Shown one piece after another: positions 1 to 11,772 of a stretch of 64,000 bases of DNA (positions are counted from its first letter, which is position 1; each line of letters opens with the position of its first letter). Position numbers and translations under genes: made by a program. Under the pieces are notes generated by a model. It did no database searches, was not told the DNA's origin, and worked only from the letters and a program-made list of their open reading frames with translations. The stretch is from assembly GCA_951804945.1 (NCBI GenBank), contig OX638151.1, forward strand, positions 40,362,001 to 40,426,000, written 5' to 3'. Source of the stretch: Podarcis cretensis. Lineage: Eukaryota.

Positions 1-3000
1 TAATAAGGCACCAGTTCCCACTCTTTGGCTCCTGGCCATACTTGGTCCTTACAAGGTTAGGCAGATTAATTTCAAATGACTTAACAGGCCAGTTAGAATG
101 CAATCGGACAGAGCTGTCTGCAGTGTAGTCAAGATCAGAAAGTTCAGCTGATGATAATTATTGCACGGCAATACATTGCCCCAGAGTAGAAGAATATGAG
201 ACATGATGGCACAAACCCCAGACAAACAGGGAAATGGTGCTCCTCACACCTTGTACCACGTTGCATTCAACTGAGTTTATCATGGAAAAAACAACACGGT
301 GGCTAATTTACACAGCCGGATGTTTTAAAATATTCATTGTAAAACTTGTCTGGTAGAAAACAAATAAAGGAGGCTTCTGTACAAGGAAAGCTGGGGTGTG
401 AAAAACTAAAAATAGATGTTGCATAAGCCAAGCAGTAAAACTCTGCTTTAAAAAATGTGGTCTGCAGAGATGTCTGAACTGGAATGTACCAGGAACTCAA
501 ATAAAAGGTGAAAGGCACATCATTTCCTCTGAATAACCTTCAGGAGGCAGATCTACACAGCAGTTTTATATGCTCTCAGCACAGTTCATTAGCATGAAAC
601 CAGATCTGTATTTACATCATGTACCTGTCCGCCTGTAGTAAGTGCAGATGGCCTCCAGGGAACCTGGTAGGGAACTGGAAGAGGGTGCTGTTGTTTTTTT
701 CTCCTGTTCTTGTCCACAGCACACACTCCTGCTTCTGACCAATGATATGTAGCCTGGCCCTATGCATATTACATCAAAGTCATTGGGACTAATGCCCAAG
801 TAAACATGCATAGGGTTGTAGGCTAATTATACTGGCAATTGTGGGCAGGTGGTAGGTTGGTAATTTTTGTGGTAGTTTGAAAGCAAATAGTGGGGAAAAT
901 GAAGTTTGCCCAGAGTTTTTGTTGCAATATGGAAAGGGGTGTTTCTTTTAAGGAACTTTGCCTTGACATGAAAACCTAATTTTCCACTGCAGGAAATAAT
1001 AATGTAAGCATTCTATTGATTTCCAACATTAATTAATATCATATTAGTGTGGCAGCATAGCTAGATGCCTTTCTACCCTATAATTCTACTAGACAAAGTG
1101 TGATCCGCAGCAACAAAATGTTGCACGCTATGCCCCCCACCCAAGACCAGAGTCTCCAACCCAGTGCCCACAGGTTCTGGTATGTTGACCAATACTTCTT
1201 ATGGTGCCCACAAACATAAATATCTCCCAAAAATCCACTGTGCATTGTTTGTTTTTCCTGCTCAGTTCTTATTTTCATTGGCTTGTCATCTCCTACACTG
1301 ATGTGCCCTTTTAAACATACATGCTTTTCATGGGGTGCCAGGACTGAAAATCTATCCTCCCTTCCATTCTGAACCGAGGAAAATTCTGTGAGAGAATGTG
1401 GTGTTAGATGTTGTAGATTATCTTTTCTCCATTGATGGCTGGGACTTAGGTCTGTACATTTTTGTGCCCTTATCTCTTTTTCTGTTCTTTTAGCTGCAAC
1501 AGTCATTTTGTGTTATGCCATTCCCCCACAGCCACCATTTTGTGTTACACCACAGCTGCCATTTTGTGACTGATGCTCACAGTACTTTCTCAAAATTTCA
1601 GATGTGCCTGCTAGTCCATTAAAGCTTGACAAGTGCTCCTATTCATGGTATTAGGCAGCCATACCTTCTTCTAGGATAGTAAAACTATATGGAGTCCTCA
1701 TAGGGCTGGTTTTTGGGGGAGGGGTGCTTCCTTAGATTTGTAAACAAGTTTTTTGAACAAACCCCTGGGTTCCCTGAACATGCTGACACTTTCCTCTTGT
1801 TTCACAGTTGACCTGTTTTGGCTCCATTTCTGTCATCACCCACCTTCTGAGTTCACTATTAGAGGGACTCATATATTCTCCCCAGATTAAACCATCAGCC
1901 ACTAACTAAGGCTTCACTAAGTTCCCTGTGAAAAGGGATTGATTGTTAAACCACTCTGGGAATTGTAGCTCTATGAGGGGAATAGTGGTCTCCTAACAAT
2001 TCTTAACACCCTTGACAGACTACTATTCCGATGATGCTTTATGGGAAGCTATAAATATACCGTGCAGATGGGGTCTTGGTTTGGCTAGTCAGTCCCTGAA
2101 CAAAACAGCAAATTCAAGTTAACAAAAGAACCATTGCACCAAGCTGAGAAATGCTCCAAAAACTGTGTGCTTGGTCAACTAACATAGGAGAAACAAGATT
2201 TCCTGGAAATCAGCTACAAGGGTGAAAGCATGGATTTTGAGAAATTTGTGGACCAGCTTGCATTCTTGAGTGCTGCAAGAGTAGTCTGGAAGGCCCTGAG
2301 GTTGCTGGGGAGTGGAGTGTTCAGTGATTCTGCCTTGAAGTTAGTCCAAATGCTACCTACCCGTAGGCTTGTAAATAAACAGCTTTACATTTAAATCTAT
2401 ATTTGCCAGGTGCAACTCATGCAGGAGTGCTGGCTTGGCCCCACGACCATGGGTGCCCCTGGCTGTGGGTGCCATGCAGTGTGCATGGCCCTGGCACAGA
2501 AATTTGTGGGTGCCCAGCCCCCTCATGGGGAATTTTGTGGGCTCTTGGGCACCCAGGGCCCCAGGGAGTTGACACCTATGAACTCATGCAAGGATGGGCA
2601 CCAAACTATCAGGCTCCACAACCAAGCAGTGAACCAGGTAGTCATGGTTTGTGTGATTGTGATGTGGTTTTTGGCATGTAAAAATTGATGGTATCTCTGT
2701 AGGATTCCATAGCAATTCAGAACCAACATTGTGTGAAAGAAGCTTTCTCATTCTCCCCAGTTGTCTCTTGGTGATTGTAGTCAGAAGTGCATAGATGCTC
2801 TATTATCCAGAAACATATCATGCTTATTTTTTTAAAAAAGGAAAAAAAGGGAGAAGTGCATAGATGCTCTCTCTCCAAGGCCACAATTACAATGTGCATC
2901 CTCAGCACTGTTGTGTCTGTTCTTGGTGATCCTTCTGACTAGAACTCCCCATAGCTCAAAGGAAGGGCAGCAAAACAATGGCATTGTACAGTTATCTCAT

Positions 3001-3287
3001 GATGATGATAACATTCCAGCAATTTGCCAAGAGAAGAAAGGACATTGAATCCATCATAATATTAAATTAGCTTGTTATTCATCCATTGGAGATAGAGTGC
3101 AACAGCTCATCTGTGCAAAGTCCAGCATCACAAGTACAGAATCTATGTGAGCCTTTTGAGAAATTGCACACGTGGACTTAGGTTTGTGTCAGTTCCACAT
3201 CCCTTTGTTCATCCCTCCATTCTGTCCTATTTCCAAATTGATTCATGACTGCACAGTTTTTAGTGTGCATAAAAATTGTATTTAGAT

Positions 3288-3430
3288 NNNNNNNNNNNNN
3301 NNNNNNNNNNNNNNNNNNNNNNNNNNNNNNNNNNNNNNNNNNNNNNNNNNNNNNNNNNNNNNNNNNNNNNNNNNNNNNNNNNNNNNNNNNNNNNNNNNNN
3401 NNNNNNNNNNNNNNNNNNNNNNNNNNNNNN
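3288..3430. other. Assembly gap (143 N)
   Basis: Run of n characters. Confidence 1.
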
Positions 3431-4043
3431 TTTTCTCACAAAATATGTATTAATTTCATAACATTTATATATGGCTTGATAACATATTTTTTCTAAACAT
3501 ATTTGTTATGGGCCACCCAAATGTCTGCCAAGCAGTAGCCAGATTCCAGGGATCTTGGCACTTAAGCTGAGTTTGCATTCCTTGGGAATGAGGCACAGCA
3601 GAGACTGCCATGTCTTTATGAAATATGGTTTATTTCATACATATTTACAACCTGAGTTTTGATGGCGTACAGAATGTTACACCCCATGAGTGCCTCTTGT
3701 TGCTTGTCTCAGAGCTTCAGCAAGTTTGGGTGCAAAGCAGCAGCCAGCTGGGCTCCCCGGTCTCTGTGTGCAGCCAGCGCCACATGGAGTCATGACCGAT
3801 CCCTCCTTCTTCCCAAAAGACGATGCTCCAAAACCTCTGTTTTAAAAGGGCACCTTTTTTCCTGTGGTCTTACCCCAGGCAAACTGCCTCTCTCATTTCT
3901 GTTATTTCTGTCCACTTTTCAGCCAAGGGAAGAACAGCTTCAGCATGGTCAATTGTTCTTAATAGCCCAGTACTTGGCTTTCTTTGTGTTCTTAATGGTG
4001 CCACTGTCAACAATCTCCTGAACAGGATAACTGGTTCAGCCTG

Positions 4044-4566
4044 CAAGGTAAAAGGTAAAGGTAAAGGACCCCTGGATGGTTAAGTCCAGTCAAAGGCAGC
4101 CCTGTTTAGGGAAGTTTTTAATATTTGATGCTGTATTGTTTTTAACACTTGATTGGAAGCCGCCCAGAGTGGCTGGGGAGACTCAGCCAGATGGGCGGGG
4201 TATAAACAATAAATTATTATTATTGCTATTATTATTATTATTATTATTGGGTTGCGGCACTCATCTCACTTTCAGGTTGAGGGAACTGGCATTTGTCCAC
4301 AGACAGCTTTCCAGGTCATGTGGCCAGTAGGACTAAACCACTTCTGGTGCAATGGAACAGCATGACAGAAACCAGAGTGCACAGAAACACTGTTTGCCTT
4401 CCTGCCACAGTGGTACCTATTTATCTACTTGCACTGATGTGCTTTCGAACTGCTAGCTTGGCAGAAGCCGGCACAGAACAACAGGAGCTCACCCCATCTC
4501 AGGGATTCGAACCGCCAACCTTCTGATCAGCAAGCCCAAGAGGCTCAGTGGTAGACCACAGCACCA
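4044..4566 (-). mobile_element. Sauria SINE with an internal L2 3'-end insertion
   Basis: (AAAGGT)n tail at the left end, SINE core (ggtacctatttatctacttgcac, tttcgaactgctag) and tRNA-like head at the right. TSD ggttcagcctg at 4033-4043 and 4567-4577. Confidence 0.9.
4095..4248 (+). mobile_element. L2-type LINE 3' terminal fragment with (TTA)n tail nested in the Sauria SINE
   Basis: ggcagccctgtttagggaagtttttaat...gccgcccagagtggctgggga...cagccagatgggcgggg matches the 3' end of the L2 fragment at ~7235-7325. Ends in (TTA)n. Confidence 0.85.
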
Positions 4567-4696
4567 GGTTCAGCCTGTATTTTTCACTGATCTGGCATTT
4601 CCCCTCCAAATATTAGCTAAATTCTACTATTTACTAAATTTAGGAATGTGGGGAGACTGACCCCAGCACAAAATTGATAACATGATTTTATCTCAA

Positions 4697-4722
4697 AGTG
4701 TGTGTGTGTGTGTGTGTGTGTG
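4697..4722. repeat. (GT)n microsatellite
   Basis: Perfect dinucleotide run. Confidence 0.95.
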
Positions 4723-6063
4723 TAAATGAATTTTATCCTAAAATATGCATTTAAAATATATTTTGGAATAATTTTTGGAGCTGAGAATGCTGGTGCAAAG
4801 CTTAGAGTAGTATGAAGGCTGGCTCATTGTGTTCACGTGAGTGCATTAGCAAATTGGGTTGATTTCCACTGGAATTCACAAGGAGGGAATGCCTAACATG
4901 AACACGTGAATCTAAGTGTGCAAATAATGCAACACCTTGATTTTTCTGGCAGATCCCTGACTTCAAGCGGTGATGTGTGCTCTGTTACATGGTGGTGCTG
5001 ATGGCAGAGGAGAGTGTATCTGAAGCAGCTGCACAAACCATGGAGTGGATACTTATTGTACAGACTCTGGATAAAAACTGCTTACTATGGCACATGCAGG
5101 CCTCTGCCTTTAAAGCAAACTTGCTTTGTGTCCTTTCCAGTCTTTCGAAAACAAAGATAATAATTGCAAGAACCTTCACATATTTTTTTCCCCAAATTTC
5201 CACAATAACTGCTATTCAGCAAGACAGACAGCAACAGGAAAGCCAATTTTGAGAAAACTAACCCCAAAACTAAACATCAGTGCAGCACTAATTCAATATT
5301 TATATAAAGGGAGGGGGAGAACGGCGTCTTACTATATCTTTCCAAAACCATTAAAATATTGTTCCGTTTCATATCAATCTATTTGTGTTTTACCTTATCT
5401 CTTGTACCCAAGTGCTATTGGTTAACGTGTTCATTGATGCAATAAGAAAGCATTGTTTGGTCAACATATCCCCAGGAAAGACTTGGATGGGGTACATGTC
5501 ATTCTGAACAAGGATATTGTTACCAAAAGCTCCAGAGAGAGATATATCTTTCCATTGACTTGAATAGTGGGAGGAGGAGGTGGTGGTAGTGGTTGAACAA
5601 TATTGCGGGGAAGGGACGCTGAAGTAAATATTAAAAAGTGTTTCTTAACACTTAAATACTTACTTCAACTTCCTTTCCCCAAATCCTTGTGATTGGATTG
5701 CTCTGGGGAAGCCATTCATTGTGATTAAAAGCTACACCTGTCCATCAAAGTGGAAGATCTTTTCACCTCTTCACTCCCTTCCCTCTTAAGCTCATTTCCA
5801 GAATCATCTTCATTTTGCTTTTTAAAATATACAGTGGTTGCTTTTGGATATGCAGCATTTGTGGGGTACATGAGTCCACAGAGCAGCGGAGGGCATTAAG
5901 GCAATCCTTGATCCAATTCAAGATGCCTTGTTAACAGGGCAATCTGAATGTGGCATGTGAAAAGCTCACCTGATTTCACCTGTTTGAGAAGTATTTATTT
6001 ATTTCTATTTATTTCCACTTCCTCAAGGATACAGGAAAGTGATTTAACAAATCAACTGAAACA

Positions 6064-6247
6064 CAGTGCTTTTTTTCTTTTTTTAAAAAAGTTTAGGGGT
6101 ACTTACTCTCATTTTGACTCAAGAAAATCACCATTTTATAGTTCAAATCAGGAAAAATAAATACAGTAAATGGACAAAAGTACAAAGATTTGCAAAATGT
6201 TTAGGGGTATGTGTACTCTGCTTCCCCCCCCCCCAGAAAAAGCAGTG
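6064..6247. mobile_element. Short non-autonomous DNA transposon (hAT-like MITE)
   Basis: Imperfect terminal inverted repeats CAGTGCTTTTTTTCT / AGAAAAAGCAGTG and repeated internal gtttaggggta. TSD not recovered. Confidence 0.5.
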
Positions 6248-6374
6248 GATATAGACCCCCAACATGTACTATACAAAGTTCCCAAAAATGTGGTCCCTTG
6301 GGCACTAAGAAGGTTGCAAACTTTTCAAACTGTTGTTTGAGCTTCCATTAGTACCTCAAACACAGAGCCATAAA

Positions 6375-6660
6375 GATGCAAGAATAGCCTGCTGGATCAG
6401 GTCAATGGCCCACCTAGTCCAGCATCCTGTTCTCACAGTGGCCTGTGGGAAACCCACAATAAGGATTTGAGCAGAAGAGCACTCTGCCCTCCTGTCGTTT
6501 CCAACAACTTTTCTTCAGAAGAATTGCTGCTTCCAGCAGTGGAGGCAAAGCATAGCCATCAAGGTTTGTAGCCATCTTCTCTTCCATGGATTTGTCTAAT
6601 CTTCTTTTAAAGCCTTCTAGGTTGGTGGTCATCACTGCCTCCTCTGGAAATGAGTTCCTG
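6375..6660 (-). mobile_element. CR1 LINE 3' fragment
   Basis: Minus-strand translation NLEGFKRRLDKSME (CR1 ORF2 end) followed by the typical 3'UTR (cactgtgagaacaggatgctggactag). Confidence 0.8.
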
Positions 6661-6979
6661 TGGGAACTCCAGCACCAGGAGATGGCATTGCCAAGCTCCT
6701 GCCAAGGCCCTTGACCCAGTCAGGGACCCATTGCCAATTCCCAGAGCCTCCTAGCTCTGCAACTTCCTGTTCTTGCTATTGTTGCCTATTCAGTTGTCCT
6801 CTCCGAATGAATGAGCAAGGAGAAATTAGCAGCCTGATTGCCCTCTCTTTCTGGAAGGTAGTGTAGACTGGCCCCAGGGAGAGATGAGAAGCAAAGAGAC
6901 AGCAACAATGGTGGCGAGGAGAAGGAGTTATGTGCACTCATGCTGGGGCAGCTACTGAGAACATCTTGCCCAGTATGTT

Positions 6980-7350
6980 TCCAAGTACTGTGTTGGTGCT
7001 GACCTTTAAAGCCCTAAATGGCCTCTGCCCAGCATACCTCTCCACCTCCATCGTTCAGCCCGGACACTCTGTGTCCAGCTCTGAGGGCCTTCTGGCAGTT
7101 CCCTCACCATGAGAAATGAAGTTACAGGGAACCATGCAAAGGGCCTTCTCAGTAGTGGTGCCCACCCTGTGGAACGCCCTTCCACCAGATGTCAAACAGA
7201 TATACAATGACACAACCTTCCAAAGACATCTGAACGCAGCCCTATATTGGGAAATTTTTAATGCTTGATGTTTTGCTGTGTTTTGGAAGCTGTCCAGAGT
7301 GGCTGCAACAACCCAGCCAGATGGGTTAAGTAATAAGATAAAATAAGTAA
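6980..7350 (+). mobile_element. L2 LINE 3' fragment
   Basis: Encodes VLVLTFKALNGLCPAYL, homologous to the ORF2 C-terminus of the L2 at 29916-30236, followed by a 3'UTR and AT-rich tail. Confidence 0.85.
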
Positions 7351-7352
7351 TA

Positions 7353-7593
7353 CAGTGGTATCTTGGTTTAAGAACAGTCCTGTTTACGAACTATTCGGTT
7401 TACGAACTCTGCAAAACCGGAAGTAGTGTCCCGGTTTGCAAACTTTACCTCAGTCTAAGAACAGAATCCGAATGGTGGACGGGCATTGGCGGTGGGAGGC
7501 CTCGTTAGGGAAAGCGTGCCTCAGTTTAAGAATGGTTTCAGTTTAAGAATGGACTCGCAGAATGGATTAAGTTCATAAACCAAGGTACCACTG
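7353..7593. mobile_element. Tc1/mariner-superfamily (pogo/Tigger-like) MITE
   Basis: TIRs CAGTGGTATCTTGGTTTA / TAAACCAAGGTACCACTG, TA target duplication on both sides. Confidence 0.9.
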
Positions 7594-8402
7594 TAAATTA
7601 TTATTATTCTTTTGTAGCTTTATGGCAAGTATGCCTTTATTGTCAGCAGTTAACTTTTATTGCTGGACCAACGAGCACCTGCCTCTGAATTATGCTAACA
7701 GTTTTGGGACTATTTTTATTACTATGACTAACCACTATGTGAGAAAGAGAAAGGTGAATAAATACAATGCAAGCCAATAAACCAAATGATTGACCTTACC
7801 TACTTGGTGTCCCACAGCTGACCTTGCAGTTTGCTTCTGACACGAAACTTGGAGACTCCTCCCATGGAAAATGAGGCCACCTTTTTAAACACACCCAGGA
7901 ACATCCCAGTAGCTGATGACGTGATTAGGCATAATATTATAGCTGCAGGTCAGCCATGCAGCCAAGGTATATACAACCAAGCCGTACAGCCAGACTCTTG
8001 TAACTCAAATGTGGAATGAGGTGATTGCCTTTCTTCATCACATGACGTCTCAGTTGGCAAATCATTAGCTAGCACATTTCCATGTGAAGCTAACCTCTCT
8101 AATATATTTGTCCTGCATCAGTGCTGAGGCCGCCATCAGAATAAGGGATTTCTCTTAGGGCTGACTGAAAACGGCCTCCCCAAATTCTTCACCCTATTTG
8201 CACATGGTGAAATGGAATCCATTTAGCCCTGTATTCCCAAGGAAAAGTCTCTAGTAGTTTTGGGAGGGCCCATCCTTCCAAATAAGAGTATTCCCTGGGA
8301 ATTTCTCAGATAATTGTTTTATGAGAAATGTCAGCTCAGCTTCATTTCTCACTAACATGGTTGCCACCTCTATCCCCCAGCTATGCCTGTTAGGATAGTA
8401 TA

Positions 8403-8764
8403 AAGGTAAAGGTACCCCTGCCCGTATGGGCCAGTCGTGTCCGACTCTAGGGTTGTGCGCCCATCTCACTTAAGAGGCCGGGAGCCAGCGCTGTCCGGAG
8501 ACACTTCCGGGTCACGTGGCCAGCATGACGAAGCTGCTCTGGCAAGCCAGCACCAGCGCAGCACACGGAAATGCCGTTTACCTTCCCGCTATAAAGCGGT
8601 ACCTATGTATCTACTTGCACTTAGGGGTGCTTTCGAACTGCTAGGTGGGCAGGAGCTGGGACCAAAAGACGGGAGCTCACCCCACCGCGGGGATTCGAAC
8701 CGCCGACCATACGATCGGCAAGTCCTAGGCACTGAGGTTTTACCCACAGCGCCACCCGCGTCCC
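8403..8764 (-). mobile_element. Full-length young Sauria SINE
   Basis: CpG-rich, tRNA-like head with B box (GGTTCGAATCC on minus), (ACCTTT) tail. 13-bp TSD ttaggatagtata at 8390-8402 and 8765-8777. Confidence 0.95.
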
Positions 8765-9265
8765 TTAGGATAGTATAGTACACGTCTAATTCTTTCAAAG
8801 ATGTTAAGTAAGGGAGAGAAGGCTCCAGGCTATTTCTTGGGCAGAGTTTTGAAGGGAGTTTAGAGGAGCTGGCTTTGTGGAGCAGATGATGATTTAACCA
8901 AGAGATCACTTTAGAATCCCGAGAAGAAGCATTCTCATTTTGTGCAGGGCCTGGATGAATCTGAAGTAGGTATGAGGGAGAAATTTGTTCAGGTTTGTAG
9001 CTACCTATTATTATACATAACTTCCTAGATCAATATGTGAATTGAAACAGCTACACTTCACCCCTTTGGCAATCTGGTAGCATTTTGGCTATAATCACAC
9101 CCTCACCACACATTTAAAGCACATGCCTTCCCTCAAAGAATCTTGGGAACTATTCACATGATTTTTTTGGAGAAAGCCATGTATTTTAATTGAATGGTTT
9201 GGATGTGACCTAGACGAAATAATAGACATTGTCATAAAAACTTATTCAGCCATAAATCATACTAT

Positions 9266-9375
9266 AGGGTAGTATTCAACACTAGTCCTACACAGAGTAG
9301 ACCCATTGAAGTGAATGCGTACGTTCATTGATTTTAATGGGTCTGCTGTGAATAGGGTTTAGTTGAGTTCAACCC
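9266..9375. mobile_element. Short palindromic MITE-like repeat
   Basis: Hairpin gggtagtattcaac..cagagtagacccattgaa / ttaatgggtctgctgtg..gttgagttcaaccc. Same family as 27898-28361. Confidence 0.65.
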
Positions 9376-9426
9376 ATGGATTTTGTCCTCTCCATTATTT
9401 GTTTTTGGCTGGACCATCTTGCAAGA

Positions 9427-9545
9427 CAGGAGTGGGGAACCTGCAGCCCTCCAGATATTTCTGGATTGCATCTTCCTCCCTCCCTATCTATTGGGGCTGA
9501 TATGAATCTAACAACATCTCTAAGGCCACAGGTTCACCTCCCCTG
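9427..9545. mobile_element. Short hAT-like MITE (related degraded copies near 23050-23170, 26750-26850, 27390-27700, 39405-39535, 50410-50530, 53560-53690)
   Basis: CAGG..GGGGAACCTG / CAGGTTC..CCCCTG termini, imperfect 8-bp TSD ttgcaaga/ttgtaata, recurring core ctccagatg..ggactacaactccc. Confidence 0.65.
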
Positions 9546-10055
9546 TTGTAATAGATATTGTAACCAGTGCAGATGATTTCTGAAATGTGATGCACAAAGA
9601 AGCAAACAAAAGCAGATGTGCGCAAAGATGCTGGAACTGGTTGGAAAGCCTCACAGCATCTTCTTGAGCACCGTGTGAGTTCTTTAACAGGCGGTAAATC
9701 ACAAGGGTGGCCTTGTGCTGTGGAATGTGCCTACTTGAGGAGGTAGCACACATGTTATTGTTAGGTAAAGGCAGCTGATAGGCAAGAAGATTATTTACAA
9801 CATGCAGCTATCAGCAGCACCAGAGATGGCCAGTAAATCTTTAGATCCAAGTGTCCAAATGCAATCAACACCACTGTAAATTTACAGATCTCCTTAGCTT
9901 TGGAGATCCTGCTTTCCTTTCATGCCACTGGGCAGGGAGGGAGTACAAGTAGATACATATTTCAGTTAAGATTGCAATCAATTCTGTTTTGCCTGCCTAC
10001 TGCAACACAGGGTGAAGCAAAATATTATAGCACACGGTTCTTCCATTTTGGCACA

Positions 10056-10116
10056 TTGTTGTTGTTGTTGTTATTTAGTTGTGTCCGACTTTTCGTGACC
10101 CCATGGAGCAGAGCAT
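10056..10116 (-). mobile_element. Bov-B (RTE) LINE extreme 3' end with (CAA)n tail
   Basis: Reverse complement of ccatggggtcacgaagagtcggacacgactaaacaacaac, as seen at 59018-59071. Confidence 0.85.
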
Positions 10117-10122
10117 GAACAT

Positions 10123-10348
10123 AAAGGTAAAGGGACCCCTGACCATTAGGTCCAGTCGTGGCCGACTCTGGGGTTGTGGCGCTCATCTCGCTTTATTGGC
10201 CGAGGGAGCCGGCATACAGCTTCGGGTCATGTGGCCAGCATGACTAAGCCCCTTCTGGTGAACCAGAGCAGCGCACGGAAACGCCGTTTACCTTTCCGCT
10301 AGATTGGTACCTATTTATCTACTTGCACTTTGACGTGCTTTCGAACTG
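10123..10348 (-). mobile_element. 5'-truncated Sauria SINE
   Basis: aaaggtaaagggacccctgaccattagg tail and SINE core up to tttcgaactg. tRNA head missing. Confidence 0.9.
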
Positions 10349-11710
10349 GTGCTAATTACCGTACCTACCTCAAGCCCTTGGTATGGTGGTGGTCTAAAAG
10401 AGGGCGAAACTAATTATGAATTGCATATTTGTTGTTTTTTTTAAATTTTAGGTTAAGGCATCATAGCAACAATGAAAGGAGCCATGTTTCCCAAACCGGT
10501 AAAGAGTCATGTGTGAGAAACGGATATTTACAGTAAACTGCCAACTACTGTAGACTGCAAGTGATAAAAATACTGGGGGGGGGGTGATGTATCTGCATGA
10601 ATAAAACATTAACCAGGGTGGAGTGTGGCACCAGTGACATGTGCATCCCTTACAGGCTGTACTGCTTCCCAGGCCTCTGATTCCATTCCACTGTTGCAGA
10701 GCCAGTCCTTTCCACATTTGTTGCCTCTCCCCCCCCCCCAACCCTTCCTCCTGCTCCTGCCTGGTGGTAATTACAGAAGAGGTGTGATGCTCCTCAGAGC
10801 ATAAATTCATTCCATCTGTAAAGGTTGCACCCAGTCGGCATCTTGGCAGATGCCTAAATTCCCTTCCCATCATGTGCTAACTTGCACTGGGAGTGAATCA
10901 CATCAGTGCCAGCCAGGTAGGAATGGATTAATTCACCTTGTGCTAATTGCTGTACAATTCCACTTAAATATATGGGCAATTCCACCTTAGAAAGAAGCAA
11001 AGAAGAAAGTCAACGGGTGCAGAAAGTCAATGGGCGCACATTTAGCAGTGAGTAAATACCAGTCAGGAATCCTGCTTTCACCCTGAGGCTTCTTCACCCA
11101 TGTAACAATTTCTCGATCATAATAAAACTGATGGCATTACCACTGGTAGTGTGAACTCTTGTTGGGCGCAGATCATTAGAGTAGGTTTAAACAGTAGTTG
11201 TTAATACTGCGGTGCGTGGAACAGTGTTAATGGATCAAATCACTCCCACAATGGAAAGTTTCCACAATCTGTACCTCTGATTATTATGAGTAGCATCATA
11301 CCAGTAGATCTTCCTGGAAGCTAGTGGTGTAGTAGTAAATTTTGAAGTGCAGGAGTTGATCATGACAGTTTCCATAACTATGCTTCCAAGGACAGCCCAA
11401 AATTCAGGAAGCTCTGAATTAAACAACAGCCCCACCCACCCAAAGAGTAGCTATGCATAGCACAATAAGCAACTTATGAAAATCAGTGTGACTGCAGTCC
11501 TGTGCATCGTTTCATGGCAGTAAGTTCCCAGAATTCTTTGAGGGGAGGCAAGTGTTTCTAATGTGGATGTGACAGGTGATCAAACCAGGTGTTTCATTTA
11601 TGTCTTTTCCAGTAGAGCTTTTAAACACGTATTTTAAGCACATGGTTAATCATGTGAGTCTGTTGCCTCGCTCCTGTGCATGTGTGCTCAGTGAGTTGAG
11701 ATCTTTCTAG

Positions 11711-11772
11711 GCAGCAGGCACATGGCGCTATTGATACTCGGTCAGTTCTTTGATTATATCCAAACTCTGAAG
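11711..11772 (+). CDS. Candidate small exon with ATG (MALLILGQFFDYIQTLK), host gene unidentified
   Basis: tttctag acceptor at 11710, cacATGG start at 11722, AAG|gtaact donor. The other two frames contain stops. Lies in a repeat-free block. No homology recognised. Confidence 0.25.

Larger units (their letters stand above)
3504..4682 (-). mobile_element. Possible solo LTR (interrupted by a Sauria SINE) inserted in an AT-rich DNA-transposon remnant
   Basis: Ends TGTTAT (3504) and ATAACA (4682) form a TG..CA inverted pair. AATAAA lies on the minus strand near 3630. Both flanks resemble the same AT-rich repeat family. TSD not cleanly matched. Confidence 0.35.
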
